From the NCBI GenBank assembly GCA_902587325.1, contig CACIKV010000007.1:3531-67530 (forward strand): a stretch of DNA of 64,000 bases, given 5' to 3'. A program made the translations under genes and the position numbers. The notes below the pieces were generated by a model. The model was not told the DNA's origin. It worked only from the letters and a program-made list of their open reading frames with translations, and searched no databases. Source of the DNA: an uncultured Bacteroidota bacterium (GTDB lineage: Bacteria > Bacteroidota > Bacteroidia > Flavobacteriales > Flavobacteriaceae). Below, in pieces: positions 27,325 to 37,041 of this stretch (positions are counted from its first letter, which is position 1; every line of letters begins with the position of its first letter).

Positions 27325-27342
27325 ATAAAGTGGGTTTTTTCT
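27319..27342 (+). terminator. rho-independent terminator after the tRNA relic
   Basis: Stem CCCACT/AGTGGG with loop ATAA, followed by a T run. Confidence 0.55.
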
Positions 27343-27475
27343 TTATCATTATTTATATTGAACGTAAATTAAAAGTATAAAATTCTTGGCAACTATATGG
27401 CAATTGAAAAAACTTGATTATTCAAGATTGAAAAACATTGATTAATCAAACATTAATAAAGATTAATTAATTTTT

Positions 27476-27529
27476 TTAGGTTAAAAAAACAAGTGGAATA
27501 AATTGTAATAGTAGAATTAGTTTTTTCAT
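27476..27529 (-). pseudogene. truncated signal-peptide gene fragment (MKKLILLLQFIPLVFLT*)
   Basis: Homologous to 17538-17603. Its ATG overlaps the stop of ORF 27526-27732 (ATGA). Confidence 0.55.
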
Positions 27530-27732
27530 TTTTTCTTTTTGTTAAATAATTGTTCAAATTCATCCCCTCTACAAAAGAATAAAGCTATAAGAAAAACAAT
27601 TATAAATTTTCCTAGTCGTTTACCATCCCAGTCAAGAATATTAAAGTGCATTTCAAAAGGAAAGAGATCAATTGCAATAACTAGATATACAATAAAGGCA
27701 GATGAAAAAAGAAATTGAGCTAGCTTTTTCAC
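27526..27732 (-). CDS. hypothetical small membrane protein (2 TM)
   Basis: 68 aa. GTG start preceded by GGAGGA. No family recognised. Confidence 0.4.
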   Translation of the reverse strand: MKKLAQFLFSSAFIVYLVIAIDLFPFEMHFNILDWDGKRLGKFIIVFLIALFFCRGDEFEQLFNKKKK

Positions 27733-27968
27733 AATTATCCTCCTCTTCCAACCTTTCTAACTCCAGAAGATTTTGAATTATTATTTTTACTATTAAATTT
27801 TTGTTTAAAACCTTTTTTTTTAGATTCTATCTTTTGAGTTCGATTACCAAAAAACTTACTAGACATAATTTTATTATTTACACATAAAGTAAATAAAAGT
27901 TAATTATTTATATTAAATTTTCCAAAATGAATAATTTAAACTAGATTCGCGTTTTAATTATAATTTTT

Positions 27969-28163
27969 ATGAACACAGGAAAAGTAAAATTTTTTAATGT
28001 AACCAAAGGTTTTGGTTTTATTAAAGACAATGAATCGGGCGAGGAGTATTTCGTTCACTCAACAGGGTTAATTGACAGAATCAAAGAAGACGATGATGTT
28101 GAATATGAATTGAAAGAGGGAAAGAAAGGGATGAATGCATTTAACGTTAAAATCAGTAGTTAA
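27969..28163 (+). CDS. cold-shock domain protein (CspA family)
   Basis: GKVKFFNVTKGFGFI (RNP1-like) and EYFVH (RNP2-like). 64 aa. Confidence 0.9.
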   Translation: MNTGKVKFFNVTKGFGFIKDNESGEEYFVHSTGLIDRIKEDDDVEYELKEGKKGMNAFNVKISS

Positions 28164-28198
28164 TTAACAATATTTTTAACACATTAAGATTTTATAGG

Positions 28199-28224
28199 CC
28201 CCTTTAATTGAAGGGGTTTTTTTA
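28199..28224 (+). terminator. rho-independent terminator after csp
   Basis: Stem CCCCTT/AAGGGG with loop TAATTG, followed by a T run. Confidence 0.6.
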
Positions 28225-28270
28225 TTCTCCAGTTTTAAAATAATTTTATATTTAATAAATAAAATTTTAG

Positions 28271-28831
28271 ATGAATATCACAAAAATAATTCAAAGTAGA
28301 AGAGCGATTTATCCCAGTCAGTTTGAAAATGGTGATATAAATAAAGATCAGATATATAAAATTTTAGAAAATGCTAATACAGCACCATCGCATAAACTTA
28401 CTCAACCTTGGTTTTTTAAAGTGTTTAAAACCGAACATAAAAATAAACTTGCAACTGAAATGGTAAATGCTTTTGAAGCATTTTTTAATAAAAAATCTGA
28501 TTTAAAGAAAAAAAAAATTCATGAAAAATGCAGTAAATCAAATTGTATTATTGCGATTTTTATGAAAAGAGATATTAAAGAGTCTATACCCGAATGGGAG
28601 GAAATTGCTGCAACTGCAATGGCGGTGCAGAATATGTGGCTTACTTGTGTTGGTTTAAAAATTGGGTGTTATTGGAGTACACCAAAATATATCACAAAAA
28701 TGAACCATTTTTTTAAGCTTAAAAAAAACGAAAGATGTCTAGGTTTTTTCTACATGGGTAAATATGATCATTTAAATACTGAAAGTAAGTTGCGAAAATC
28801 CATTATTGAAAAAACAGAATGGAATTTATAA
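28271..28831 (+). CDS. nitroreductase family protein
   Basis: SRRAIYPSQF and NTAPSHKLTQPWFF. 186 aa. Confidence 0.8.
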   Translation: MNITKIIQSRRAIYPSQFENGDINKDQIYKILENANTAPSHKLTQPWFFKVFKTEHKNKLATEMVNAFEAFFNKKSDLKKKKIHEKCSKSNCIIAIFMKRDIKESIPEWEEIAATAMAVQNMWLTCVGLKIGCYWSTPKYITKMNHFFKLKKNERCLGFFYMGKYDHLNTESKLRKSIIEKTEWNL

Positions 28832-29372
28832 TGAATTTATATTAAAAGAGGTGAGTAAAAACTTTTCAAATAATAAAATATTGATTGAAAATATTCCTTC
28901 TGCAGAGAATATAATCATGAGTGGAATTGAAAAAAAATATATAAATATTATGATATTTAATAGATTTTTGTGGTGTATCATAAGCTTAATCGGCTGTATA
29001 ATTTCAATAAAATATATTGGGTTTGTTGAACAATTCTCTTATATAATTTATATATCAACATTAATATTATGGGCTGTTATTTTTTCATTAACAGGGATTA
29101 GTTTTAAAAGAAAAAAGTATGTTTTTAGAGATCATGACTTAATGTACTCATCTGGTGTAATTTTTACCTCTACTGTTCTAATTCCCTACAATAGAATTCA
29201 ACATCTTGCGATTCATCAAGGATTTCTTTCAAGAGTTTTTGATTTAGCCTCATTGCAGTTTTATACAGCAGGTGGATCATATACTGATATTAGCATTAAA
29301 GGTTTAACAAAGATGGATGCTGAAATGTGGAAAGAATTTGTCTCAGCAAAAATTGAAAAAATAAAAAAATAA
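28806..29372 (+). CDS. membrane bPH_2 (YdbS-like PH domain) protein
   Basis: Two TM helices followed by a PH-like block ending IPYNRIQHL. The true start may be an internal ATG, because the track start overlaps the nitroreductase gene by 26 nt. Confidence 0.65.
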   Translation: MKKQNGIYNEFILKEVSKNFSNNKILIENIPSAENIIMSGIEKKYINIMIFNRFLWCIISLIGCIISIKYIGFVEQFSYIIYISTLILWAVIFSLTGISFKRKKYVFRDHDLMYSSGVIFTSTVLIPYNRIQHLAIHQGFLSRVFDLASLQFYTAGGSYTDISIKGLTKMDAEMWKEFVSAKIEKIKK

Positions 29373-29376
29373 ATTC

Positions 29377-30885
29377 TTGTCAAAACTAAATAAATCTATT
29401 ATTCAAAAATTCTCTGTTGAACAAAAACAATCAAAGGTGGGTATGGTTGTTATATTTTTTGACAAATTTATTTCCATAGTTAAAAACTATGCAATCTTTT
29501 TAATAATACCGATGTGGAAAGATTTTGATTTAATTTTATTAATCATTTTAATTCTACTTATTGCTTTATTTACTGCAGCTCTAACTGTGATAGAGTTTAA
29601 ATATTTTACTTTTCAATTCGATTTTAATAAAAATGATTTTATAGTAAAAAAAGGATTCTTAAAAAAAACCAAATTGAGTGTGCCTCTAAATAAAATCCAG
29701 CAAATTAATTTAAACCAAAATTTTATACATAAATTTCTAAATCTTTACGAAATTCAAATGGATACTGCAGGATCTGACTCAAAAGAAGTTAGTATAAAAG
29801 CAGTAAAAGAAGATATAGCATTTGAGATTAAAGACTTCACAGATTTTCTCAAAGAAAAAAATATTGATATTGATTTAGAAAAATCAAATGAAAGTAAAAG
29901 TTTGGAAATTGACTTTTACACTTTAATAAAAACTGGGTTAACATCAAGATATTTTCAAACATTAGGCTTTATCATTGCCTTGTTTTTTGGGGCTCTTGAA
30001 TATTTAGATGCTTTGGGAATAAATTTTATCCCTAGCTTTTCATCTTTTATTAAAAATGGAAATTTTGGTTTTATTGCAATTTTAGTTTACATAATATTAA
30101 TTTTTTTAGCTGTCTTTGCTTCAAACCTGATTTCGACAATTATAAAATTTTATAAATTTTCAGCTTCAAAAACAAATAATAATTTAAGTGTTAGTTATGG
30201 TTTAATATCTACGAAAACAATTTTAATGAATCCTAATAAAGTTCAAGTTTTTTCATTTACCCAAAATTGGATTCAAAAAAAAATTGATTTATGTAACATA
30301 ATTATATATCAAGCCTCAAGTAATATGAATATTTCTAGTGATAAATCTAAAGAAGGTTCTAAAGTAAATATTCCAGGAGCTAATTCATCTGATAAAAAAA
30401 CAATTTTTGAATTTATTTATAAATCTTTTGATGATAATGAATTTATAATAAAACCAAATATTAGAAAATTTTCAGTTAATTTCTTTTTAATTGGAGTTAT
30501 TCCATCCATATTATTTTTTGGAATTAATCACTTCTTTGAATTGTTAAGCTCATTAAATTACATAATGATCCAGACAATTTACTTAGCTGTTATATTATTT
30601 GTTTCATACAGGCTATATAAAAATAATATCATGAGTGTATCAAAAAATTTTATAAAAGTCCAGTCAGGTTTTTGGGATATTACAACTAAAATAATAGAGA
30701 TTCATAAAATTCAATCAATTGTGATTGATCAAGAGATTTGGTATAAGAAGTTGAACTTAGCAAATTTAACATTATGTACTGCAGGAGGAATGATAAGATT
30801 TAGTTATATGGATTATTTTATTTTAAGAAAAATTACAGATAATTTTTTATTTAAAGTTGAAGTTTCAAATAAAAGTTGGATGTAA
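29377..30885 (+). CDS. membrane protein with three bPH_2 repeats (YdbT-like)
   Basis: TTG start. Repeated TM-pair plus PH-like units (LNKIQQINL, NPNKVQVFS, EIHKIQSIV). Confidence 0.65.
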   Translation: MSKLNKSIIQKFSVEQKQSKVGMVVIFFDKFISIVKNYAIFLIIPMWKDFDLILLIILILLIALFTAALTVIEFKYFTFQFDFNKNDFIVKKGFLKKTKLSVPLNKIQQINLNQNFIHKFLNLYEIQMDTAGSDSKEVSIKAVKEDIAFEIKDFTDFLKEKNIDIDLEKSNESKSLEIDFYTLIKTGLTSRYFQTLGFIIALFFGALEYLDALGINFIPSFSSFIKNGNFGFIAILVYIILIFLAVFASNLISTIIKFYKFSASKTNNNLSVSYGLISTKTILMNPNKVQVFSFTQNWIQKKIDLCNIIIYQASSNMNISSDKSKEGSKVNIPGANSSDKKTIFEFIYKSFDDNEFIIKPNIRKFSVNFFLIGVIPSILFFGINHFFELLSSLNYIMIQTIYLAVILFVSYRLYKNNIMSVSKNFIKVQSGFWDITTKIIEIHKIQSIVIDQEIWYKKLNLANLTLCTAGGMIRFSYMDYFILRKITDNFLFKVEVSNKSWM

Positions 30886-30888
30886 ATT

Positions 30889-31713
30889 ATGTCTAAGGTT
30901 GTATTAATCACAGGTGCCTCTTCTGGAATTGGATTAGAAACTGCAGTATACCTAGCAAATAAAAAATTTATTGTTTACGGATGTGCCAGAAGATTAGAAA
31001 AAATGAAACCTATTAAAAAAGCTGGGGGTTTTATTCTAAAGCTTGATATTAATAATGAAAAAGACATCAATCATGTCGTAAGTTATGTAATAAAAAAAGA
31101 GGAAAAAATTGATGTTTTATGGAATAATGCTGGTTTTGGATTATGGGGAGCAGTCGAAGATATTTCAATCAAAAGAGCTAAATATCAGTTTGATGTTAAT
31201 TTATTTGGATTAGCTTTAATTACCAAAAAAGTATTGCCATTTATGAGAAATGAAAAAAATGGTTTAATTATTAATACTTCGTCTGTTGGTGGAAAAACAT
31301 ATACTCCCTTGGGGGCGTGGTATCATTCTACAAAACACGCTATTGAAGGTTGGTCTGATTGTTTAGCTTACGAATTAAAAAAATTTGGTATTAATGTTTG
31401 TTTGATCCAACCAGGTATCATTAAATCAGAATTTGGTAATGTAATGTTGGAAAATTTACATAAAAATTCAAAAAATTCAGCTTATAAAAAGTTGAACTCA
31501 GCTATGTCGAATGCAATTAAAAAAAATATTAAAAATCCTATTGGGTCTCATCCAATTATTGTAGCAAAATGTGTCGAAAAAATAATTAACTCAAATAAAC
31601 CAAAAAAAAGATATTTAGTTGGATATGGTGCTAGGTCAATGTTATTCATTAGAAAATGGTTTGGGGATAATTTTTATGAATTTATTCTAAAAATTGTTGG
31701 GTTGAGAGGTTAA
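30889..31713 (+). CDS. short-chain dehydrogenase/reductase
   Basis: TGASSGIG, NNAG and YHSTK. Confidence 0.85.
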   Translation: MSKVVLITGASSGIGLETAVYLANKKFIVYGCARRLEKMKPIKKAGGFILKLDINNEKDINHVVSYVIKKEEKIDVLWNNAGFGLWGAVEDISIKRAKYQFDVNLFGLALITKKVLPFMRNEKNGLIINTSSVGGKTYTPLGAWYHSTKHAIEGWSDCLAYELKKFGINVCLIQPGIIKSEFGNVMLENLHKNSKNSAYKKLNSAMSNAIKKNIKNPIGSHPIIVAKCVEKIINSNKPKKRYLVGYGARSMLFIRKWFGDNFYEFILKIVGLRG

Positions 31714-32502
31714 ATGTTTTTCTTAACTTTAATTTTAGACTTTTATATTATGAAAAAATTAATTTTCCTTTTAGTAGTTGTTTTTAGTTCTTGTAATCAA
31801 AATGATGGGTGGCAAAATTTATTTGATGGTGAATCACTTGATGGTTGGGATATGAAAATAAGATACCACGATTTTGGTGATAATTACAATAACACTTTTA
31901 AAGCAAAGGATGGTGAAATAGTTGTTTCTTATGAAGAATATGATGAGTTTGAGGAAAAATTTGGACATATTTTTTACATGAAAGAAAAATTTGTGAACTA
32001 TCATTTAAGTTTGGAATATAAATTTAGTGGTCAACATTTGAAAGGTGCTCCTGATTGGTCTTTAAAAAATAGTGGAATTATGCTTCATTGTCAAAATCCA
32101 AAAACCATGTTAATTGACCAAGAGTTTCCAGTAAGTGCTGAAACTCAACTTTTAGGAGGTTTAGGAGAGGGTTCAAGACCAACAGCTAATATTTGTACGC
32201 CAGGAACAGATGTCGATATTGATAATTCACTGGTCAAAAAACATTGCATTAATTCAACTTCTAAAACTTATAACAATGATGATTGGGTAAATGTGGAAGT
32301 TATTGTTTATTCTGACTCTTTGATACATCATATTGTAGAGGGGGAAAAAGTCTTAACATATACAAATCTTAAAGTCGGAGGGAATAAAGTTCCAGAAAAT
32401 TTTATGGAAAAAATAGGTATGCCTTTGAAAGATGGCTACATATCATTACAATCTGAGGGTCATCCTGTATCATTTAGGAATATAAAGATTAAGAAATTGT
32501 AG
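31714..32502 (+). CDS. DUF1080 (3-keto-disaccharide hydrolase-like) lipoprotein
   Basis: WQNLFDGESLDGW and GYISLQSEGHPVSFRNIKI. The likely true start is ATG 31750 (MKKLIFLLVVVFSSC). Confidence 0.75.
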   Translation: MFFLTLILDFYIMKKLIFLLVVVFSSCNQNDGWQNLFDGESLDGWDMKIRYHDFGDNYNNTFKAKDGEIVVSYEEYDEFEEKFGHIFYMKEKFVNYHLSLEYKFSGQHLKGAPDWSLKNSGIMLHCQNPKTMLIDQEFPVSAETQLLGGLGEGSRPTANICTPGTDVDIDNSLVKKHCINSTSKTYNNDDWVNVEVIVYSDSLIHHIVEGEKVLTYTNLKVGGNKVPENFMEKIGMPLKDGYISLQSEGHPVSFRNIKIKKL

Positions 32503-32864
32503 TGATTCATTACATTATTATAAGGATAAAAAGAATATTTACGGCGCTGAGTGGTATGTTTTTTTTAATCTTGTCAGAATCTTCAATCCAAATCCAGCTT
32601 GCTGTTATTTTAATATTTACTTTTCTTGGATTTTATTTAAGAATATCTTTTGACGATTGGATTATTCAAATTTTTTTATCTGGATTTGTTTTATCAATTG
32701 AAGCTTTAAATACTTCAATTGAAAAAATATGTGATTTTATAAATCCTAATTTTAATAAAAAAATAGGCTTAATTAATGATATTGGTGCTGGAGCTGTTTC
32801 ATTTGCAGTAATATCTTCTTTAATTATACTAACTATTATATATTATCCTTATTTATCTAACTAG
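32502..32864 (+). CDS. dgkA: diacylglycerol kinase (prokaryotic DagK family)
   Basis: 120 aa, 3 TM, SIEALNTSIEKICD motif. GTG start overlaps the upstream stop. Confidence 0.7.
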   Translation: MIHYIIIRIKRIFTALSGMFFLILSESSIQIQLAVILIFTFLGFYLRISFDDWIIQIFLSGFVLSIEALNTSIEKICDFINPNFNKKIGLINDIGAGAVSFAVISSLIILTIIYYPYLSN

Positions 32865-33943
32865 TGAAATTATTTTGGAAGACTTTGTTGGTATTAATTA
32901 TATCGTGTTCTGATGTTCATAACTTAGATATTAATCTTACGGACAAGATTATAATTCCCAAAACTTATGTAGTAAATAGATCAGAGAATAGAATCGTTAT
33001 TGATGGTAATGATGATGAATGGGAAAATTCAATTTATTCACAGGATTTCGTAGATATTGAAGGATTTAAAATACCGAGTCAAAAGACAAATATTAAAATG
33101 CTCTGGGATGATAATAACTTATATGTTTTTGCCAAGCTTTTTGAAAAACATATATGGGCTGATATAAAAAAGAGAGACGAAGTTATTTATTTGAATAATG
33201 ACTTTGAAGTATTTATAAATCCAAATGATAATGTTTTTAATTACTGTGAAATCGAAATTAATGCCCTTGGTACTGAATGGGATTTGTTTTTAAATAAACC
33301 TTATAGGCTTGGAGGAAAAGCAGACAGTAGTTGGGATATTGAAGGTTTGAAATCAGCTGTATCGATTAATGGAACTTTAAATAATCCTGAGGATGAAGAT
33401 AAGTACTGGACGGTTGAAATGGCAATTCCAATTGATCAAATAAGTCAATTGAAGTACCCTCCAAAAGTTGATAAAATCAAAAAAGGTATTGTTTGGAGAA
33501 TAAATTTTTCAAGAGTAAATTGGGATTTTGAGCTTATTGATAATAAATATTATAGAAAAAAAATAGATGGCAAATTTTTGCCTGAATATAATTGGGTGTG
33601 GTCAAATCAAGGAGAAATAAATATGCATATCCCTGAAAATTGGGGATATTTAATTTTTAACGATAGCTATTTAAATTCAAAGATTTCGTCAAAAATGGAT
33701 TTAGAGCTTGAACATACATTATATGCAATTTTCAGAGAGATTAAATTTGGAGATTATAATTACATGAAGGAATTAAAGGAAGGTAGTATAGTTAAATTTA
33801 AACCTGAAAAAATAAATGGTAAAATAATTTTGAGTTTTTTTGAAAAAACGGAAGAAGGTTTTAATGTTAATTCAAAATATAAAGATGGAATTTTAAATTA
33901 TTCTATTGATCAAACTGGACTTATAAATAGAGGAACTTTATGA
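32864..33943 (+). CDS. carbohydrate-binding family 9-like lipoprotein
   Basis: Lipobox LIISC. IDGNDDEWENS plus WTVEMAIP and RINFSRVNW blocks. Family assignment from memory. Confidence 0.5.
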   Translation: MKLFWKTLLVLIISCSDVHNLDINLTDKIIIPKTYVVNRSENRIVIDGNDDEWENSIYSQDFVDIEGFKIPSQKTNIKMLWDDNNLYVFAKLFEKHIWADIKKRDEVIYLNNDFEVFINPNDNVFNYCEIEINALGTEWDLFLNKPYRLGGKADSSWDIEGLKSAVSINGTLNNPEDEDKYWTVEMAIPIDQISQLKYPPKVDKIKKGIVWRINFSRVNWDFELIDNKYYRKKIDGKFLPEYNWVWSNQGEINMHIPENWGYLIFNDSYLNSKISSKMDLELEHTLYAIFREIKFGDYNYMKELKEGSIVKFKPEKINGKIILSFFEKTEEGFNVNSKYKDGILNYSIDQTGLINRGTL

Positions 33944-34998
33944 AAAAACTAAAAATTATATTTTCCTTCTTAATTGTTGTTTCATGTTCTGAAACTAATT
34001 TGGATAAGTTTACCTTTAGCACTTGGGTCGGTGCAGGAAGTAAATTTGATAAAAATACATGGACAAAAAAAATAAACTATTATGATTCTTTAGGCATTTC
34101 CGAAATATTAGTTGGAGGATCGCCTGATATTTTAAAAAAAATTATTCCACTGGCTAATAAAAAAAATATTAAAGTACATGGTTGGATGTGGACACTTAAT
34201 AGACCTGGGGATACAATTGCTAATAAAAATCCTGATTGGTATGCTGTTAATAGAAAGGGTCAAAACTCTTTAGAATTTAGAGCATATGTTGATTACTATC
34301 AATGGTTATCACCTTTTCATCCAGATGCTAGAGAGCATATAATAAATAATGCTAAAAAACTAATCGAAGTAGAAGGTCTTGAATCTGTTCATTTGGATTA
34401 TGTAAGATTTCCTGATGTAATTCTTGGTGCAGATCTTCAACCTAAATACAATATAATTCAAGACAGGGAACTTCCAGAATATGATTATGGATATCACCCA
34501 ATAGCTCGGAAAGAATTTAAAAAAATTTTTGATAAAGATCCGATTGATTTTGATTATCCTGAGCTTTCAACTGAGTGGAGACAATTTAGATTAAATTCAA
34601 TCTCAACTTTAGTTAATGAAATAATTTCAATTGCTCACTCTAATAATAAAAAAGTAACTGCAGCAGTTTTTCCTTTTCCGGAAATGTCAAGACAGATGGT
34701 AAGACAAGCTTGGAATGATTGGAATCTTGATAAGGTTTATCCAATGCTTTATCAAAATTTTTACAGAGAAAATATTAATTGGATTGGTTTTGCTACTAAG
34801 CAAGGAGTTTCAGATGTTGATTTTCCATTGATTTCTGGATTATATAGCCCTGCTCTTAAAAACCCAAAGGATTTGGAAAGAGCAATTTTAATTTCAAAAG
34901 AAAATGGAGCACAAGGTATTTCAATATTTACTGCTGATGGATTAAATAAAGAACAACAAAAGGTTTTTATAGAACTTTCAAATAAATTAAATCAATGA
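33940..34998 (+). CDS. glycoside hydrolase-like 10 (GHL10/YngK-like) lipoprotein
   Basis: Lipobox VVSC. HLDYVRFP motif and TIM-barrel-like spacing. Confidence 0.5.
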   Translation: MKKLKIIFSFLIVVSCSETNLDKFTFSTWVGAGSKFDKNTWTKKINYYDSLGISEILVGGSPDILKKIIPLANKKNIKVHGWMWTLNRPGDTIANKNPDWYAVNRKGQNSLEFRAYVDYYQWLSPFHPDAREHIINNAKKLIEVEGLESVHLDYVRFPDVILGADLQPKYNIIQDRELPEYDYGYHPIARKEFKKIFDKDPIDFDYPELSTEWRQFRLNSISTLVNEIISIAHSNNKKVTAAVFPFPEMSRQMVRQAWNDWNLDKVYPMLYQNFYRENINWIGFATKQGVSDVDFPLISGLYSPALKNPKDLERAILISKENGAQGISIFTADGLNKEQQKVFIELSNKLNQ

Positions 34999-36731
34999 GA
35001 TATTTTTTTTTATTATATGCGTTTTTGTTTTTTTCTAAAACCAATTCACAGGTTTTTAAAAAACAGGACAGAAAGCCTAACGTAATTTTAATTATTACAG
35101 ACGATCAAGGATTTGGAGATTTAGGATTTAATGGTAATCCTCATATTATAACACCTGTTTTAGACGAACTTGCAAGCAATAGTATGAGATTTAATAACTT
35201 TCATGTTTCGCCAGTTTGTGCACCGACAAGGTCTAGCTTATTAACTGGTAGATATTCCTTAAGAACAGGTGTAACGGATACCTATAATGGTGGTGCTATG
35301 ATGTCAAATGATGAAATTACTTTAGCTGAAATTCTTAAAGAAAATAACTATGAAACTGGTATTTTTGGCAAGTGGCATTTAGGAGATAATTATCCTTTTA
35401 GACCAACTGATCAAGGCTTTAATGAATCTTTGATTCATCTATCAGGAGGTATTGGTCAAGTAGGAGATTTTACAAATTATTATGCGGGTAATCGTAGTTA
35501 TTTTGATCCAGTTTTATGGCATAATAATCAACAAAAAAAATATGACGGATATTGTTCGGATATTTTTACAGATGAAGCAATAAAATTCATTGAAAAAAAT
35601 AAATCTGATCAGTTTTTCTGTTACTTATCATTTAATGCTCCTCATACTCCATTACAACTTCCTGAAAAATATTATAATCTCTATAAAAATATTGACCCAT
35701 CATTAATCTCTGAATCAGAGACAATAAAAATGAGTAGAAAGGATATCAATGATGCAAAAAAAATTTATGGAATGATAACTAATATTGATGATAATGTCGG
35801 AAAGCTCATCTCAAAATTGAAGGAGCTAGAGATTGATGATAACACAATATTAATTTTTATGACTGACAATGGCCCACAACAACTAAGATTTAATGCCAAT
35901 TTAAAGGGAAGAAAAGGTAAAGTATACAATGGTGGAATTAGAGTTCCATTTTATTTACACTATCCAAAAATTCATGAAAATGGTTTAGATATTAATTCCT
36001 TTTCAGCACATATTGATGTCCTGCCATCAATTTTAGGCTTATGCGATATTAAATTGCCTAATGACAGAAAAATTGATGGTATTAATTTATTTAATAAAAC
36101 TAACAGAGATACAATAAATAGATCATTCTTTTCTTATTGGACCAGAAAATTTCCTGAGTTATACCATAACATATCTTTAAATAAAGGAAATTATAAACTT
36201 GTTGGAAATACAGGGTATGATTCTTCCATTAATAATTTTGAGCTTTATGATATTGATACAGATCCTAATGAAAGAGAAAACTTAATTAGTAAGAATACTA
36301 AAATTGCAAATGCAATGAAAAAAGAAATGGATAATATTTACAATGAATTAATTAACTCAAAAAATATAAAAAATAAGCCAAGAATTATAGTGGGCAGTAA
36401 ATTTGAAAATCCTACTTTTTTAAATAGAAATGATGCCAGTGGACAGCGTCATATTTGGACAAATGATGAAGTTTTTGGTTTTTGGAGAATAAATATTAAA
36501 AAAGGAAACTATGACTTCAAATTTAAGTTCAACAATTTAGAATTGTCAAATGGTAAAATATTTATTGAACTTGGAGAGAGAATTCTTAGTAAGAATATTC
36601 AAATTGATAAAGATGGTTTTGTTTTGTTGAAAAATATTTACACTGAACAAGGTGAGTTTGACTTTACACCTTTTTACAACCACAATGGTAAAAATATTTT
36701 TCCTTTATTGGTAGAAATCAATAAATTATGA
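34995..36731 (+). CDS. sulfatase (formylglycine-dependent arylsulfatase family)
   Basis: ITDDQG and SPVCAPTRSSLLTGR (CxPxR). Confidence 0.9.
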   Translation: MRYFFLLYAFLFFSKTNSQVFKKQDRKPNVILIITDDQGFGDLGFNGNPHIITPVLDELASNSMRFNNFHVSPVCAPTRSSLLTGRYSLRTGVTDTYNGGAMMSNDEITLAEILKENNYETGIFGKWHLGDNYPFRPTDQGFNESLIHLSGGIGQVGDFTNYYAGNRSYFDPVLWHNNQQKKYDGYCSDIFTDEAIKFIEKNKSDQFFCYLSFNAPHTPLQLPEKYYNLYKNIDPSLISESETIKMSRKDINDAKKIYGMITNIDDNVGKLISKLKELEIDDNTILIFMTDNGPQQLRFNANLKGRKGKVYNGGIRVPFYLHYPKIHENGLDINSFSAHIDVLPSILGLCDIKLPNDRKIDGINLFNKTNRDTINRSFFSYWTRKFPELYHNISLNKGNYKLVGNTGYDSSINNFELYDIDTDPNERENLISKNTKIANAMKKEMDNIYNELINSKNIKNKPRIIVGSKFENPTFLNRNDASGQRHIWTNDEVFGFWRINIKKGNYDFKFKFNNLELSNGKIFIELGERILSKNIQIDKDGFVLLKNIYTEQGEFDFTPFYNHNGKNIFPLLVEINKL

Positions 36732-36953
36732 TTTTTTTCTATCTCTCATTATCTGAGTAATTTTTACTACTTGAATTGAAATAACTACAATATTTAGAAA
36801 AATGATTGAATATGAATTTGCCACAATTCCATAAATGAGCCAAGCAGATGCTCCTACTAAGTTGTAAGACCTAAGTTTTAAGGTATCGTTATGTAAGAAT
36901 GATATAATTACAAATGTATTTCCAATCCAGCCTATTAACTCAAGAGTACTCAT
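36726..36953 (-). CDS. hypothetical 3-TM small membrane protein
   Basis: 75 aa. Convergent with the sulfatase gene and overlapping it by 6 nt. Confidence 0.45.
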   Translation of the reverse strand: MSTLELIGWIGNTFVIISFLHNDTLKLRSYNLVGASAWLIYGIVANSYSIIFLNIVVISIQVVKITQIMRDRKKS

Positions 36954-37041
36954 ATTAAATAAAAAATCAAAAATAAGTTAAATGATATTAAACTATATTA
37001 TTTTTGTTTCAAATAATATAATTCTCATTCACTAAATAAAA

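Noticed and set aside
31714-31749. N-terminal extension MFFLTLILDFYI of the DUF1080 protein
   Set aside because: The internal ATG at 31750 yields a standard lipoprotein signal peptide (MKKLIFLLVVVFSSC). The extension is probably not translated, though the ORF-track coordinates are retained in the feature list.
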